A stretch of 64,000 nucleotides of DNA, taken from Octopus sinensis. Lineage: Eukaryota. Positions 28,531 through 42,262 of this stretch are shown here, in pieces. Location of the stretch: NCBI RefSeq assembly GCF_006345805.1, contig NC_043000.1:35836001-35900000 (forward strand). The letters run 5' to 3'. Under the pieces are notes generated by a model. The model was not told the origin of the DNA. It ran no database searches and saw only the letters and a program-made list of their open reading frames with translations. Each line of letters begins with the position of its first letter. The first letter of the stretch is position 1. Position numbers and translations under genes: made by a program.

Positions 28531-28561
<31 letters not shown>

Positions 28562-28635
28562 TATATATATATATGCATGTACGTATGTAAGAATGATAAT
28601 GCATGCATATATATATATATCTATATATATATATA

Positions 28636-28731
<96 letters not shown>

Positions 28732-29138
28732 TTATATATGCATGTACGCATGTATGTATATATGTATGTCAGTATGTATGTGTCTGTGTGTATGTGTTAT
28801 ATAGGTGCTTATATGTGTGTTTCTGTTTACGAAGAATGAAAAACGAAAAGCTAAAAATACAATAAGTATACAAAAATGCACGACGCTAATAAATAACATA
28901 TGTGATATGGACAAAAGGTAAGAACGAACATAGCATATGTCAAACAAAAGCCACAAACACTACTGCCAAGTTCACTAGAATGGTATTTAGCTTGCAACAT
29001 CACTCGGTCGATTTTTTGACATGAATACATCAGATACATCGAGATGACCGCTTACAACAACAATAAAGACAAACCAACAAGGCTACTTTACTGGAAAGAA
29101 TAAAATCACAAGAATTACTACTATTACTACAACTATTG

Positions 29139-29188
<50 letters not shown>

Positions 29189-29274
29189 CAATAGAAAGAA
29201 GAACAAGAACAAGACCAAGAAGAAGGAGAAGAAGAAACAGAACAACAATAATAATAATAATAAAAAAAAAAATA

Positions 29275-29312
<38 letters not shown>

Positions 29313-29719
29313 TAATAATATAATATTACGGTAGAACAACGATACCAATAACATTAATAGTATAAAAGCCATAAAAATTTCAAAAGAGTAGAGACGAAAG
29401 ATTTAAAAAAATAGAGGTAAAAAAAAAAGATGGAAACCAACACACACAAACCACACAATTGAGTCTGCAGTGAAAATGTGTCATGTTGACGTGTAATGAC
29501 GTCATAGCAACCGAATGTTATTGGGTTTTATGGACCGTTGCCAAGCAGAGTGTCACAGTTTTATATTGAGAATGTCTCAGATACAAGTATACGAAAGTGT
29601 ACACGAGGGATATCAAAATTATGATAATGTTGAATATCACTGTCTGCCTGACGAATATCGATAGAAACGTGTATATTTACACGTCTCCCTCTATTTCTTT
29701 CTTTCAAAATCTATATATA

Positions 29720-29784
<65 letters not shown>

Positions 29785-30090
29785 GGAGTGGGCAAAAAAG
29801 CAGTACACACACACACACACACCCACACACATACCAAGTGCATTGTGGTGGAGACCAGTTTGCGGAGGCAATTACATTGGAATCGTAGGTGATCTGTATT
29901 GAGAAATAGTTGTGAAACAAGATCACCAAGGATCGAAACGCAATCACCGCTGTAAACTTGTCACCACAAACGTAGGAACACAATATTTTAGTTTTGTGAT
30001 TGAATAGAATTAAAGTCTTGTTCTAAGGAACAAAAGAGCTTTTATATATGGATCTCTATCTATCAATCAATCAATCTATCTATCTATCTA

Positions 30091-30190
30091 NNNNNNNNNN
30101 NNNNNNNNNNNNNNNNNNNNNNNNNNNNNNNNNNNNNNNNNNNNNNNNNNNNNNNNNNNNNNNNNNNNNNNNNNNNNNNNNNNNNNNNNN
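30091..30190. other. Assembly gap (100 N)
   Basis: Run of N. Confidence 1.
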
Positions 30191-30498
30191 GTGTTGTCCC
30201 TTTTTTTCTATATCTGTCTTGATGTTCTTGTCCCATCTTTTTGTATTCCTATATATATATATATCTATATATATCGCGATGTTTGTGTTGCCCGCTGAAC
30301 TCTACAGGTTTTTTTCATACTGTCTGTTTATTTTCTCTTATTACTTTCTGTCAAAGAGCGTAGGCTCGAAACGTAAAAGACTTTTCCATTTTTCCCGAGC
30401 GTCATACTAGTACACCTGCTTGTTGTCCTTACACCTGTCTTCGTCCTTTTTTCTCTATAAATTTGAACTATATATATATAAACATGATATAAGTGTGT

Positions 30499-30539
<41 letters not shown>

Positions 30540-31114
30540 CAGGCTGAAAGATAGATTTCCTTCGGCTAAACTCAATACATGTTGATTTTGGGAAGTTGGT
30601 TTTTTTTTTTGTCTTCCTCCTACATCATGGCTTGATGTTATGGTTTGCTTCTCTTAAGAAAAAATTACATCTTATCTGAAGAGAGTCGTCGCTTCTAGCC
30701 ATGTTTGTCTGCATCTCTATCTTCATATCAACTCGCCTCGATTTTTTTTTCTAGCCACTATTTAGCCAGCGGACTTAGTCCTCAGAGTGGTGAGTTCATC
30801 CCTACAGGAAGTGCAAAAAATCGTATTAACTGGAACGGCTCATGTACTGAGAAGAGCATTTTCGCTGTGGAGACAACATCCATCCATGAATTTATTTATT
30901 TATTAATTTTTAAATACATATTTTATCTGTGAATTTGCGTGTGTATCTGGGAATGCATACAATGAGCTTCTCTGCCTTAGGTGTATGGAAAACACTCGCG
31001 AGAATTTGAAGAAGAAGAAAAACACAACAACAAAAATAATAATATATAATAATAATAATGATAAAATAATAATAATAATGATAATAATGATAATAATAAT
31101 AATAATAATAATAA

Positions 31115-31734
31115 ATGCCCTGATGCAGTACCAGGCAGATGCCCTGATGCAGTACCAGGCAGATGCCCTGATGCAGTACCAGATAAATGCCCTGATGCAG
31201 TACCAGGCAGTGGCTCTCATGGCTTCTGATCTTAACTGATTGGCAGTGTTATCATGTACATTGTTTTGTCTTGGTATAAAAGATGGGCTACAGCAAATAT
31301 TCTGCTCAATACCACAGATTTGCTTGTCAGTTGTTTGACCTTAACCAGTTGAGCATGTCCCTTAGTGGCTGACGATATGTGCATCTCTGATCACGAGCAG
31401 AAGTAGTGGGGGAGCATCATAGCCATGTGTTGAGAGGGATTCTTTGGGGTTTGAATAATTCACCTCTGAACATGGGTGGTTCTTTCAACATCCTTAAACA
31501 ACCCTATTCAGGGACCTTTTGAGCGGGATGGGCTACTCAACCTGAAGAAATTTCTAACTGGGCCCCACCTGCAAGTCATGTGCTGTTTATCTTGATATGA
31601 GATCACCATGTCGCGCACATATGGTTGTGATGCATGTGCCTGGTGTAACCCTTATCAGACGGGTAGTCATGATGGGATATTGGGCTTCGTATATTTTACC
31701 CCAGTGTCACTTTGATGGCATGACTTGCTCTCTC
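31115..31734. mobile_element. Non-coding element embedded in (TAA)n, with four 24-bp tandem copies at its left end
   Basis: (atgccctgatgcagtaccaggcag)x4, with TAA arrays on both flanks. Confidence 0.55.
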
Positions 31735-31742
31735 AAATAATA

Positions 31743-31794
<52 letters not shown>

Positions 31795-31904
31795 TAATAA
31801 TAATGATGATGAATGATGATGATAATATAATAATAATATTAATATAATAATAATAATAATAATAATATAATAATAATAATAATGATAATAATAATAATAA
31901 TAAT

Positions 31905-31962
<58 letters not shown>

Positions 31963-31973
31963 TATAATAATAA

Positions 31974-32133
31974 GACAAATACATAACAAAAACACCAGGA
32001 TTTACAACTATATACAACATTGCACTTTCAATACAGTAACCATCAGAGCATCACAGCAAACCACAGCACATACCCAAGGCACACAGAGCTGCGCTCGGTA
32101 GTGAAGTGAAAGCACGTTTTAAAAATAAAATTA

Positions 32134-32140
<7 letters not shown>
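31974..32140 (+). mobile_element. R4/Dong-like non-LTR 3' end with (TAA)n tail
   Basis: DKYITKTPGFTTIYNI..LSIQ*, then a short UTR and a TAA array. Confidence 0.5.
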
Positions 32141-32192
<52 letters not shown>

Positions 32193-32196
32193 TGAT

Positions 32197-32373
32197 ATGA
32201 AAAATACTTTAGGAATGAGAACCCAGGTTCGAAATCTTTCCAAGACACCTGATGAAGGCTGGAGGGTATATCAGTCGAAACGTGTTAACAACAAACAAGA
32301 TGAGGAAAAATATCCGTCAAATGTAAATAATATAAATAATGTAAATAATTCTCATTTCTTAAATATAGAACTG
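32197..32373 (+). mobile_element. Pseudo-LTR-like repeat with a decayed minimal HHR (32244-32286)
   Basis: gacac CTGATGA a ggctg..cagtc GAAAC gtgtt; lacks the GUU present in the 37836-38016 copy. Confidence 0.65.
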
Positions 32374-33044
32374 AAGTACTAGGTTTACAAAGAATAAGTT
32401 TTGGAGTAGATTTCGTCGACTAAAGGATAAAAGAATACAAGAATGTATTACTTAAACTATATGATTCCGTTCCGAGTTTCGCAGGCCCCTAACGGGAGCC
32501 CGACTCCTGTAGGCTTCTGGGATGCCGAATGAAAGGACAGAGGAAAACCAAGATGGCTATCGGAAGATAGGCTGCTGTTGGTCAAGGCGGTTACATGGTA
32601 TTTAGTGTAAAGAATATTGTCAATTCCTTAGCGACACCAATTCCTTCAGAAAGGAAGAAGACAGTTCAATCCCTTGTCGAGTGACCAGTGGTTTTCATCC
32701 CAGGTTGGGAACCCCTAGACTGGTGTTATTAATGTGTTTCCTGTATAAAGCCACCATCATCTCTTAACGCACACACACACCACCACTAATACCATCATTA
32801 CCACACAAACATCATACTTTGAACACAATAAAGGCTACACCATACCAGCCCACACTCTCACCATTAACTTACTCCACTCTCCGCTCAATAACTTAATAAC
32901 CCATTTCCCAATCATCTTTGAATAAAAAATTACTAGACATTTCTATTCTGCCAAACTAGAAATTCCATTTCCTGTGATGCAGGGCTTTTAGCTTTTTTTA
33001 TTTTATTTATTTTTTCTTCTACTCATTCATTTTCTTTTCTCCTC

Positions 33045-33385
33045 TAGGTACAAGGCCCGAATTTTGGGGGAGGAGGCCAGTCGATTAGATCAACCCCCGA
33101 AAGGATGAAAGGCAAAGTCGACCTCGGCGGAATTTGAACTCAGAACGTAAAGGCAGACGGAATACCTATTTCTTTACTACCCACAAGGGGCTAAACACAG
33201 ATAGGACAAACAAGGACAGACAAACGGATTAAGTCGATTATATCGACCCCAGTGTGTAACTCGTACTTATTTAATCGACTCCGAAAGGATGAAAGGCAAA
33301 GTCGACCTCGGCGGAATTTGAACTCAGAACGTAACAGCAGAGCATTTCGCCCGACGTGCTAACGATTCTGCCAGCTCGCCGCCTT
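33045..33385 (-). mobile_element. Family B SINE dimer
   Basis: Same junction (aatacctatttctttac) as in 1-545. Confidence 0.8.
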
Positions 33386-33520
33386 CTACTCATCCAAGAA
33401 CATCACTGCAGAAACCGACCACCTAAACTTTTGTAGATTTAGAAACCAAAATCTCTGTGCTTCAAACTAGCTGATCTACATAGCTTTGCTATAGATCGTA
33501 CATATACCATATACACATAC

Positions 33521-33565
<45 letters not shown>

Positions 33566-33654
33566 GTATATAGTTATAGATTCTAATGATGTCAACGTAC
33601 ACACACACGTCCGCACACGCACACACATACTGACATCTATAATACTTTCTACTA

Positions 33655-33850
33655 TAAGAACAAGGCCTGAAGTTTTGAGGGAGAAGGTTGGTCGATTACA
33701 TATCGATTCCAGTGCGTAACTGGTACTTATTTCATCGACGTCAAAAAAGATGAAAGGCAAAGTCGACCCTGGCGGAATTCGAAACCAAAACATACCAATG
33801 GACGACATACTGCTAACCATCTCACTCGGCGCGACAACGATTCTGCCACA
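33655..33850 (-). mobile_element. Family B SINE
   Basis: gatgaaaggcaaagtcgaccctggcggaattcgaa. Confidence 0.7.
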
Positions 33851-34223
33851 GTTGCACTGAACCAGCGATCACACTTCTTTACTGTTAACATTTCGGAAAG
33901 TCTACGAGACATTTTTGACCAATACTTGTTTCCTTTTCGACAAAACAAACCTTGTTTCTCTGCAATTCTGTTTTAAAATTAAATTTGGAATCGGAATTTT
34001 TAAGGTTATGTTTGAGGTTTTCTTCATATTTAATTATTCATTTTTCTTTTCTCTGCCATAATTCGACAATTCTCAACAATATTTTTTATTGCGTTTCTTG
34101 TCTTATCTTCTCTCTCCTCCACGGAATTATCAATTTTGTCTATAGTAAACCGATAAACATTACGCATTTGGCACTAACCACTTCACTTTGCTTATATTAC
34201 GATATACATGCATACACGTGTAT

Positions 34224-34277
<54 letters not shown>

Positions 34278-34322
34278 TATATGTATAAATATATAAATAT
34301 ACATATATAATACATATATATA

Positions 34323-34357
<35 letters not shown>

Positions 34358-34730
34358 CATGTATATAGATATATATGTATGCATTTATATATATACATAT
34401 GCTCATTATATGCACATATACATTTTTATACACATATATATATATATATACATAATAGGTACATACATATACATATGTAGGTATATATATATTACATATA
34501 TATATACTTATAATATTCCATATATATATATATATATATATACACACTCACATATATATGCATGTACTTTGTATATGTATATATATATAAATATATACAC
34601 ATATATAATATTATACATATATATATATATATTATATATATAATATATATATATATATAATATACATGCACACACCACCTATATACATACACATGTAAAT
34701 GTATATATATGTGTGTGTGTTATATACATG

Positions 34731-34762
<32 letters not shown>

Positions 34763-35181
34763 CGCAGAAACACAGATGCATATACATACACATAAGTATA
34801 GAGACGCACACACACACTTACGCACACCCAGATACGTATATATATGTAGGTATACGCACACATGGCACACACACACTGGTTGTATAAAGAGCTTTTAAGT
34901 GAAAAAACAAACAAACTAAAAACCTCGCTACTTTCCCGCCAAGATTTGTTGCCAACAATGGAGGCAATTAAATTTGTTTTATACCTCTCACCTCTCTTTT
35001 GTTGATGACGTTTAACAGTCAAAGGAGGAATTCTATTTTCTTACTTGTGATGTTTATATTATAATCAATATGGCGGAATGTAGGGTTGGAAGGGTTTTCA
35101 GGTCAAGAGAGAGATTGGGATAAAGACGGTTGATAATTTGCTCCATACACACAAACTTACATACATACTTACATAAATGTC

Positions 35182-35220
<39 letters not shown>

Positions 35221-35221
35221 G

Positions 35222-35260
<39 letters not shown>

Positions 35261-35614
35261 CATATATATATATATAACTATATATATATATATATCATAT
35301 ATATATATATATATATATGCATATGTTTATATATATATATATATAGCAATATATATATATGTATATATATATGTATATATATATATATGCATATGCATAT
35401 ATATATATAACACACACGTATACCACACATATATATATATATATGTATGTATATATAATATATATGTATTATATATTATATATATTATAAATATATATAT
35501 CTATATGTATATATATATATATGTATATATATAATATATATATATATATAATATATATTATATATATATCTATATATAATGTATATCTATATCCTATATA
35601 TATATATATCTATA

Positions 35615-35660
<46 letters not shown>

Positions 35661-35689
35661 TATATATATATTATATATTATATATAATG

Positions 35690-36466
35690 TATGTACGTAT
35701 GTATGTATGTATGTGTGATATATATTCAGCCTTGCTGGGGCACAGTCTTGAGGAATTTTAGTCGAACGAATCGACCCTTTTTTGTCGAACCGATAATTTA
35801 CGGGGAGGCAAACACAGTGGTGGGAAAACACAGACACAAAAACACCCACACGCCCCCCACCACGAAACCCGAAACCTTGTGGTTCGGGAGAAAACTTCTT
35901 ACTACACACCAGCTTGCACGTGAGTGTATTTCTCTTCTGTGTGTGACGAGAAGGAAAGTGCTCAATTGCGCTCAATTAATAAATTGCTATCTCTGTCTGT
36001 TTGTCTGTCTGTCTGTATGTCCTCTCTCTCCTGTTCTCTCCATGTGCACTCGCGTATGTTCGTCTCCAACACCAAACAGTACAGTCCACAAAACAGGTCG
36101 AATGCTCAATAACCTTTCCAAATTGCCGGCGTGCAAACAGCCGTTCTCAATTACCTCATTCCGTTGGTGGTCATAAGTCTAAATGGAATGTAATGGCCAT
36201 CAATAAATCTGCTGTTTATGAGCTCCGATAATTGAGTGAAGTTTATTTTTCTTGTGTCCTACCTTAGCCTGTGTTTTCGTTCTGTTGTTAAACTAATCTC
36301 GGTCTTTTATTGACGCTTAGTATCAAAACAGTCTTCGTATGCCACTATAAGCATCGCCTCACATATTTTGCCTGGCTTCAACTTTGCGTTGCTTAATGGT
36401 CTTCTTCAAAATATTGTCATTTCTAAGGCGGCGAGCTGGCAGAAACGTCAGCACGCCGGGCGAAAT

Positions 36467-36557
<91 letters not shown>

Positions 36558-36574
36558 CATATATATATATATAT

Positions 36575-36631
<57 letters not shown>

Positions 36632-37411
36632 CGTATGTATGTATGTATGTGTATATATATTCAGCCTTGCTGGGGCACAGTCTTGAGGAATTTTAGTCGA
36701 ACGAATCGACCTCTTTTTGTCGAACCGATAATTTACGGGGAGGCAAACACAGTGGTGGGGAAAAACACAGACACAAAAACACCCACACGCCCCCCACCAC
36801 GAAACCCGAAACCTTGTGGTTCGGGAGAAAACTTCTTACTACACAGCCAAGCTTGCACGTGAGTGTATTTCTCTTTCTGTGTGTGACGAGAAGGAAAGTG
36901 CTCAATTGCGCTCAATTAATAAATTGCTATCTCTGTCTGTTTGTCTGTCTGTCTGTATGTCTCTCTCTCTCCTGTTCTCTCCATGTGCACTCGCGTATGT
37001 TCGTCTCCAACACCAAACAGTACAGTCCACAAAACAGGTCGAATGCTCAATAACCTTTCCAAATTGCCGGCGTGCAAACAGCCGTTCTCAATTACCTCAT
37101 TCCGTTGGTGGTCATAAGTCTAAATGGAATGTAATGGCCATCAATAAATCTGCTGTTTATGAGCTCCGATAATTGAGTGAAGTTTATTTTTCTTGTGTCC
37201 TACCTTAGCCTGTGTTTTCGTTCTGTTGTTAAACTAATCTCGGTCTTTTTATTGACGCTTAGTATCAAAACAGTCTTCGTATGCCACTATAGCATCGCCT
37301 CACATATTTTGCCTGGCTTCAACTTTGCGTTGCTTAATGGTCTTCTTCAAAATATTGTCATTTCTAAGGCGGCGAGCTGGCAGAAACGTCAGCACGCCGG
37401 GCGAAATGCGC

Positions 37412-37420
<9 letters not shown>
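35690..37420. repeat. Near-identical tandem duplication (~780-bp units 35690-36470 and 36630-37412)
   Basis: tattcagccttgctggggcac...gggcgaaatgcgcatata occurs twice, separated by (TA)n. Confidence 0.9.
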
Positions 37421-37446
<26 letters not shown>

Positions 37447-37454
37447 ATACATAT

Positions 37455-37616
37455 ATACGACGGGCTTCTTTCAGTTTCCGTCTTCCAAATCCACTCACAA
37501 GGCTTTGGTCGGCCCGTGGCTATAGTAGAAAGACACTTGCCCAGGGTGCCACGCAGTGGGACTGAACCCGGAACCATGTGATTGGTAAACAAGCTACTTA
37601 CCACACAGCCACTCCT
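37455..37616 (-). mobile_element. Family A SINE head and core
   Basis: gacacttgcccagggtgccacgcagtgggactgaacccgg...accacacagccactcc. Confidence 0.8.
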
Positions 37617-37888
37617 AATTTTTGTATCAAAATTTTTTTTTATTACTAATGTCAGATGTTTTTAATTTTTTAATTATTTATTTATTTCATTTATTGGACT
37701 GTGGCCATGCTGGGACACCGCAAAATAAACATTTATTTTGACTTTAGGTTCTGGGTTCAAATGCTGCCGTAGTCGATTTTGCTTTTCATTCTCTCGGGGT
37801 CGATAAAATAAGTACCAGTTAAACACTGGGGTTGATTATTTACATTATTTACATTTGACAGATATTTGTCTCCATCTTATTTGCTGTT

Positions 37889-37934
37889 AACACAACGTTT
37901 CGGTTGATATACCCTCCAGCCTTCATCAGGTGTC
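37889..37934 (-). ncRNA. Minimal type I hammerhead ribozyme
   Basis: GACAC-CUGAUGA-A-GGCUG...CAACC-GAAAC-GUU-GUGUU. Confidence 0.65.
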
Positions 37935-38479
37935 TTGGTGAAATTTCGAACCTGGGTTCTTATTCCTAAGGTAGTAAATAATGTACATAATTCCTCATCT
38001 CTTAAATATTAAACTGTGTTAATTGGGGGTCGATGTAATCGACTTACCCCTCCCCAAACTCGATGGCCTTGTGCCATATTTGAAACCAAAAGGATTTACT
38101 TATTCTCATTGGATGGATGAAAGAACCAGTAATTTATTTTTCACCTGTCACTATTTCTATGCAGTCTTAGCATTTCATATTAATGCAACTATATTTTGTG
38201 GGCTAGAAACACCTGGGAGAGTTGAATGGCAGAAATTCAGAGAAGAAGCACCCCACCCCACCTCACGCAAATGCTTTTGGCTCTTAACTCTTTCTTAAGA
38301 ATGCTGGGTCCTGATCCCCACTGCTTCCACATAATGTGCCACTGTTTGCATTGCATTCTGAACCCTGCTAGGTGGTCACTGCGATCACGCAGAGCTAAGG
38401 AGTCTTTGGGGGTTGTAACCAGTTCGGTCCAGGACACCGGTCAATCAATATGCTAAACGATGCCTTCGGAAGATCACTT

Positions 38480-38760
38480 TCATTCCTTGTTGACCAACTT
38501 TTCTCACCTGCTTCAGCCATTTCCTCTTTTTCTCAGAAACTGAGAGCCGTTTCATGAGATTTTCCCACAAAAATCCTCGCGCTCACCTCTATGGTGAAGA
38601 ACTTTAGCTTGGAAGCCTCGTCGAATTCTCTCAATATGATGGCCAAACCGCCATATTTCTTAGTGCTGTAGATATTGGTTTCCTCCGTTCTGCTTTCATA
38701 TAGCACAGTGAATTCAATCAAAGAAATGGGAGCACATGTTCACCAAGGCTGATTATATTT
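38480..38760 (-). mobile_element. Restriction-like-endonuclease non-LTR (Hero/R2-like) remnant
   Basis: IEFTVLYESRTEE...KKY..L...IEVSARIFVG resembles the IELTVPWE...EVGARGF motif. Confidence 0.55.
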
Positions 38761-39554
38761 TACATGCATATAAACAGGGTTACATGCTAACATTACATCA
38801 TAAAATGGCAGAGGGAAAGAGTGAAAACTATAATTAAATCATTCTATTGATGGGAAATTATTTGCAATCTGAGGCGCTAACAAGACGAGAATCAAAGGCT
38901 GAACCGACCAAGAGATGTTTCTAATCAACTGTAGGTTATTCACTTCGTTCATGCGTATTAGCATCCTTTATTTTTCTATCTAGTTAACTCAAAGCGTGGC
39001 AGAGTTAAGTAATTTTCTAATGAACGCACAGCAACGAGTCCCTGATGAATGCACCACAACTTAACAGCACGACTCGTGAAGCGGTACCTAATCCATTCAA
39101 ATGAGATTATCCGACTAATTTTCATTGTACACTAAATAGGTAGATCCGCCCATAAAATGTGTTAGGACAGAAATTGAATTCACGCCACCAGGTGGCTATT
39201 GTGAAAAGTAGTTTGATATGGTGTAGCACATAATTAGCAATCGCCAGTTGGAAATATCTAATTAGATATAGAAAAGTGATTAGCAAAATTTCCTGTTTGC
39301 TCCTGGTTAAAATTATTGGTGAGATCGTGGACAAGGCGTTCTTATTCGAAGATTTTCTTTCGACAATTCCATCATTGTAAGAGATGTTCATTTGAGTTAG
39401 GCTTTCATTCATACAAACATTCACTCACGCACACACATATACATGCACGTTCATTTACACTCTCCAATTCACTTCTTCACGCTCTCACTCACTCTCTCAC
39501 TCTCTCTCTCTCTCTCTACCTCCTCCCTCCATTACTCACTCATTCACTTACTCT

Positions 39555-39965
39555 GTGGCTATGTGGTAAGAAGCTTGCTTCCTAACCCTATGTTTCTAGG
39601 TTCAGTTCCACTGCGTGGGTAACTGTCTTCTGCTTTAGCCTTGGGTTGACCAAAGCTTTGTGAATGGATTAGATAGATGGAAACTGAAAGAAGTCCTATG
39701 TGCGTCTGTGAGTGTTTGTGTTTGCCCTCTTTAGCTTGACAACCGGTGTTGTGTGTTTACGTCCTCGTAACTTAGTGGTTCGGCAAAAGAGAGACCGATA
39801 GAATAAGTACGGGGCTCGATTAATTCGACTACAAATACATAAACAGACATACTTTTACTTGTTTCAGTCATTTGACTGAGGCCATGCTGGAGCACCGCAT
39901 TCAGTCGAACAAGTCGACCCCAGGACTTATTCTTTGTAAGCCTGGTACTTTTCCCACCGGTCTCT
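39555..39965. mobile_element. Family A SINE (+) and inverted 3' fragment (-)
   Basis: gtggtaagaagcttgcttcc...ggaaactgaaagaag on +; ttacttgtttcagtcatttgactg on -. Confidence 0.7.
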
Positions 39966-40299
39966 TAAATTGTTACACGCTTTTATTAGGCATTGATTTA
40001 TTCCACATTTTTTTCTTCATTCGACTTCCCTCATGTTACCCTTTTAGGTTTTATCACCTTTTATTCGTGTATTTGTGTATATTTTATAATGTTGGGTGTT
40101 ACTATTGGATGCCCTGATGTTTTAATATTTATTTATATCCATTTTATGATAATATGGGAATGTTATAAAGTTGTTTTGACCAATTGGAACGTTTATTCAT
40201 CATACCTTTCAATTTATATATATGTATATGTGTATATATAATTTTATACCTACATACATACATATATGTGTGTGTGTACGTGTATTATATATATATATA

Positions 40300-40530
40300 G
40301 GCGGCGAGCTGGCAGAAACGTTAGCACGCCGGGCGAAATGCGTAGCCGTATTTCGTCTGCCGTTACGTTCTGGGTTCAAATTCCGCCGAGGTCGACTTTG
40401 CCTTTCATCCTTTCGGGGTCGATAAATTAAGTACCAGTTACGCTCTGGGGTCGATGTAATCGACTTAATCCGTTTGTCTGTCCTTGTTTGTCCCCTCTGT
40501 GTTTAGCCCCTTGTGGGTAGTAAAGAAATA
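40300..40530 (+). mobile_element. Full-length family B SINE monomer
   Basis: A-box-like TGGCAGAAACG, B box GGTTCAAATTCC, central gcctttcatcctttcggggtcgataaa, 3' end gtaaagaaata. Confidence 0.85.
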
Positions 40531-41035
40531 TATATATATGTATGTGTGTGTGTGTGTGTGTATGTATATGCACATCCAAACGTATACATACCTGCACGCA
40601 TACATATGCATACGTGTACAAACATAAGCACACTCACGCGCATCCATATATTTAGTTATCCATACATATATATATACACATAAACATATCGGTACACAGA
40701 TATATATATATATATAAATGTAAACATACATCCATGTACGCATACGTCCATTACACACATTCATACATCCATACATACACACACACACACATACATACAT
40801 ACGTACATACATACATGCATACATACATGCATATACCTACTCACATCCATCCATCAATCCACGCATCTATTCATACACACATCTATCCATTCATCCATGC
40901 AAGCACGTGCTTTAGCACTTATTAGGAACCGTGAATTGCTGTTCGCTTAGTTAGACACTGAGTATATTTAATTCTCTACTAGATCTATAATTCACTTTAG
41001 CTGTTGTTGTTGTTGATGTTGTTATTATTTCTCTT

Positions 41036-41220
41036 TATCACCGGTTTTGTTGGAGCTCCTGGAGTCTTGCATGCGTAGCGGGTTTATTTCCTGCAGCCTA
41101 CGGTACCCTGCTATCCATTCTTTTCAGCTATCTAATACTTTCCTGATTATTCTGGCTGAGCCAAGGAAGCAAACCTTTTGCAACGGTTCTACTCGGAGCT
41201 CTATTATCCCCTTCTGCTGG
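41036..41220 (-). mobile_element. R4/Dong-like 3' end
   Basis: Translates LQKVCFLGSARIIRKVLDS*; homologous to 43183-43460. Confidence 0.65.
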
Positions 41221-41434
41221 GTTCAATCCTGATCCAGCATTCAATTACCGTTCGGTTTGCCTCCTTATCCCACCGCCTTTTCTGTCTCTGGCTTTTTGAC
41301 GACCGGGGGGCCTGAGCTATCACAGGGCACCATCACGGCGAAAAAGCTTTCACCTTTGGTCCCAGCCTCATTAACGTCGTTATTCGATACATCTATGTTA
41401 GACATGTTCACTCAACAATGAAGTTTGTGTTTTA

Positions 41435-41487
<53 letters not shown>

Positions 41488-41504
41488 ATAATAATAATAA
41501 TTAG

Positions 41505-42262
41505 ACAGAAAGACAAATGGTAATCGCATATTCAGTAGTCGAACAGCTTAGACAGAAAGACAAGAAAGTTGCTAACTAGATATGGGTCACTCCACCCAAA
41601 ATGTGACACAGACAAACTATGTACCAAGAAAAAGAGGGGGAAGAGGACTTACTGGATGCGAACACAGCATTAGAGCAGAAGAAACAAACATAGCACGGTA
41701 AGTAAAAAAAGCCACAGAACCGCTATCATTGGAAGAAGGTCAGGCTTGTGTAGGATGGAAGACTGCAAAGATAAATCACCGTACAAATACTTGAGAATGA
41801 ATGAAATCTGAAATAGGTGGATAAATAAAAGAATGCATGGACAATTTCATAGGATGTTGAAGATAAGACAGACAGAGAAAAAAGAAGGCTATAGATGACT
41901 AAAAGTGATTTAAAACCAGAAACGGAGGCTCTAATCTGTGCTGCCCAAGAGCAAGCACTAAGAACAAACTACATAAAACATAGACAACACAGCAGAAAGT
42001 GGTAAGTGCAGAATCTATGGAGAAAGCAGTGAAACCATATGGCATATTACCAGCCAATGTACACCACTAGTCCAGAAGGAATATAAGAGATGCCACGACA
42101 ATATAACCAGGCTTGTCCATTGGAAACTTTGCAAGAAGTATGGACTTGACAGAGAAAAAAATTGGTACGACCACAAACCTGAAGGCATCGTCGAAAATGG
42201 AAATGCAAAGATCCTATGGGATTTTATGATTCAGTGCGACCATGAGATAGAGAATAGGAAGA
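41505..42262 (+). mobile_element. R4/Dong-clade non-LTR remnant (zinc knuckle and start of the RLE domain)
   Basis: GGRGL..., KRMHGQF, LKPETEALICAAQEQALRTNY, KCRI...ETIWHITSQC, HDN...HWKLCKKYG, ILWDFMIQCDHEI. Confidence 0.85.

Noticed and set aside
29645-29675. CTGACGA...GAAAC hammerhead-like motif
   Set aside because: No valid NUH triplet or stem I
32490-32540. HDV-like ribozyme (GGGAGCC/GGCTTCT followed by GG..CGAA)
   Set aside because: Only 11 nt lie between the P1 strands, leaving no room for P2 and P3
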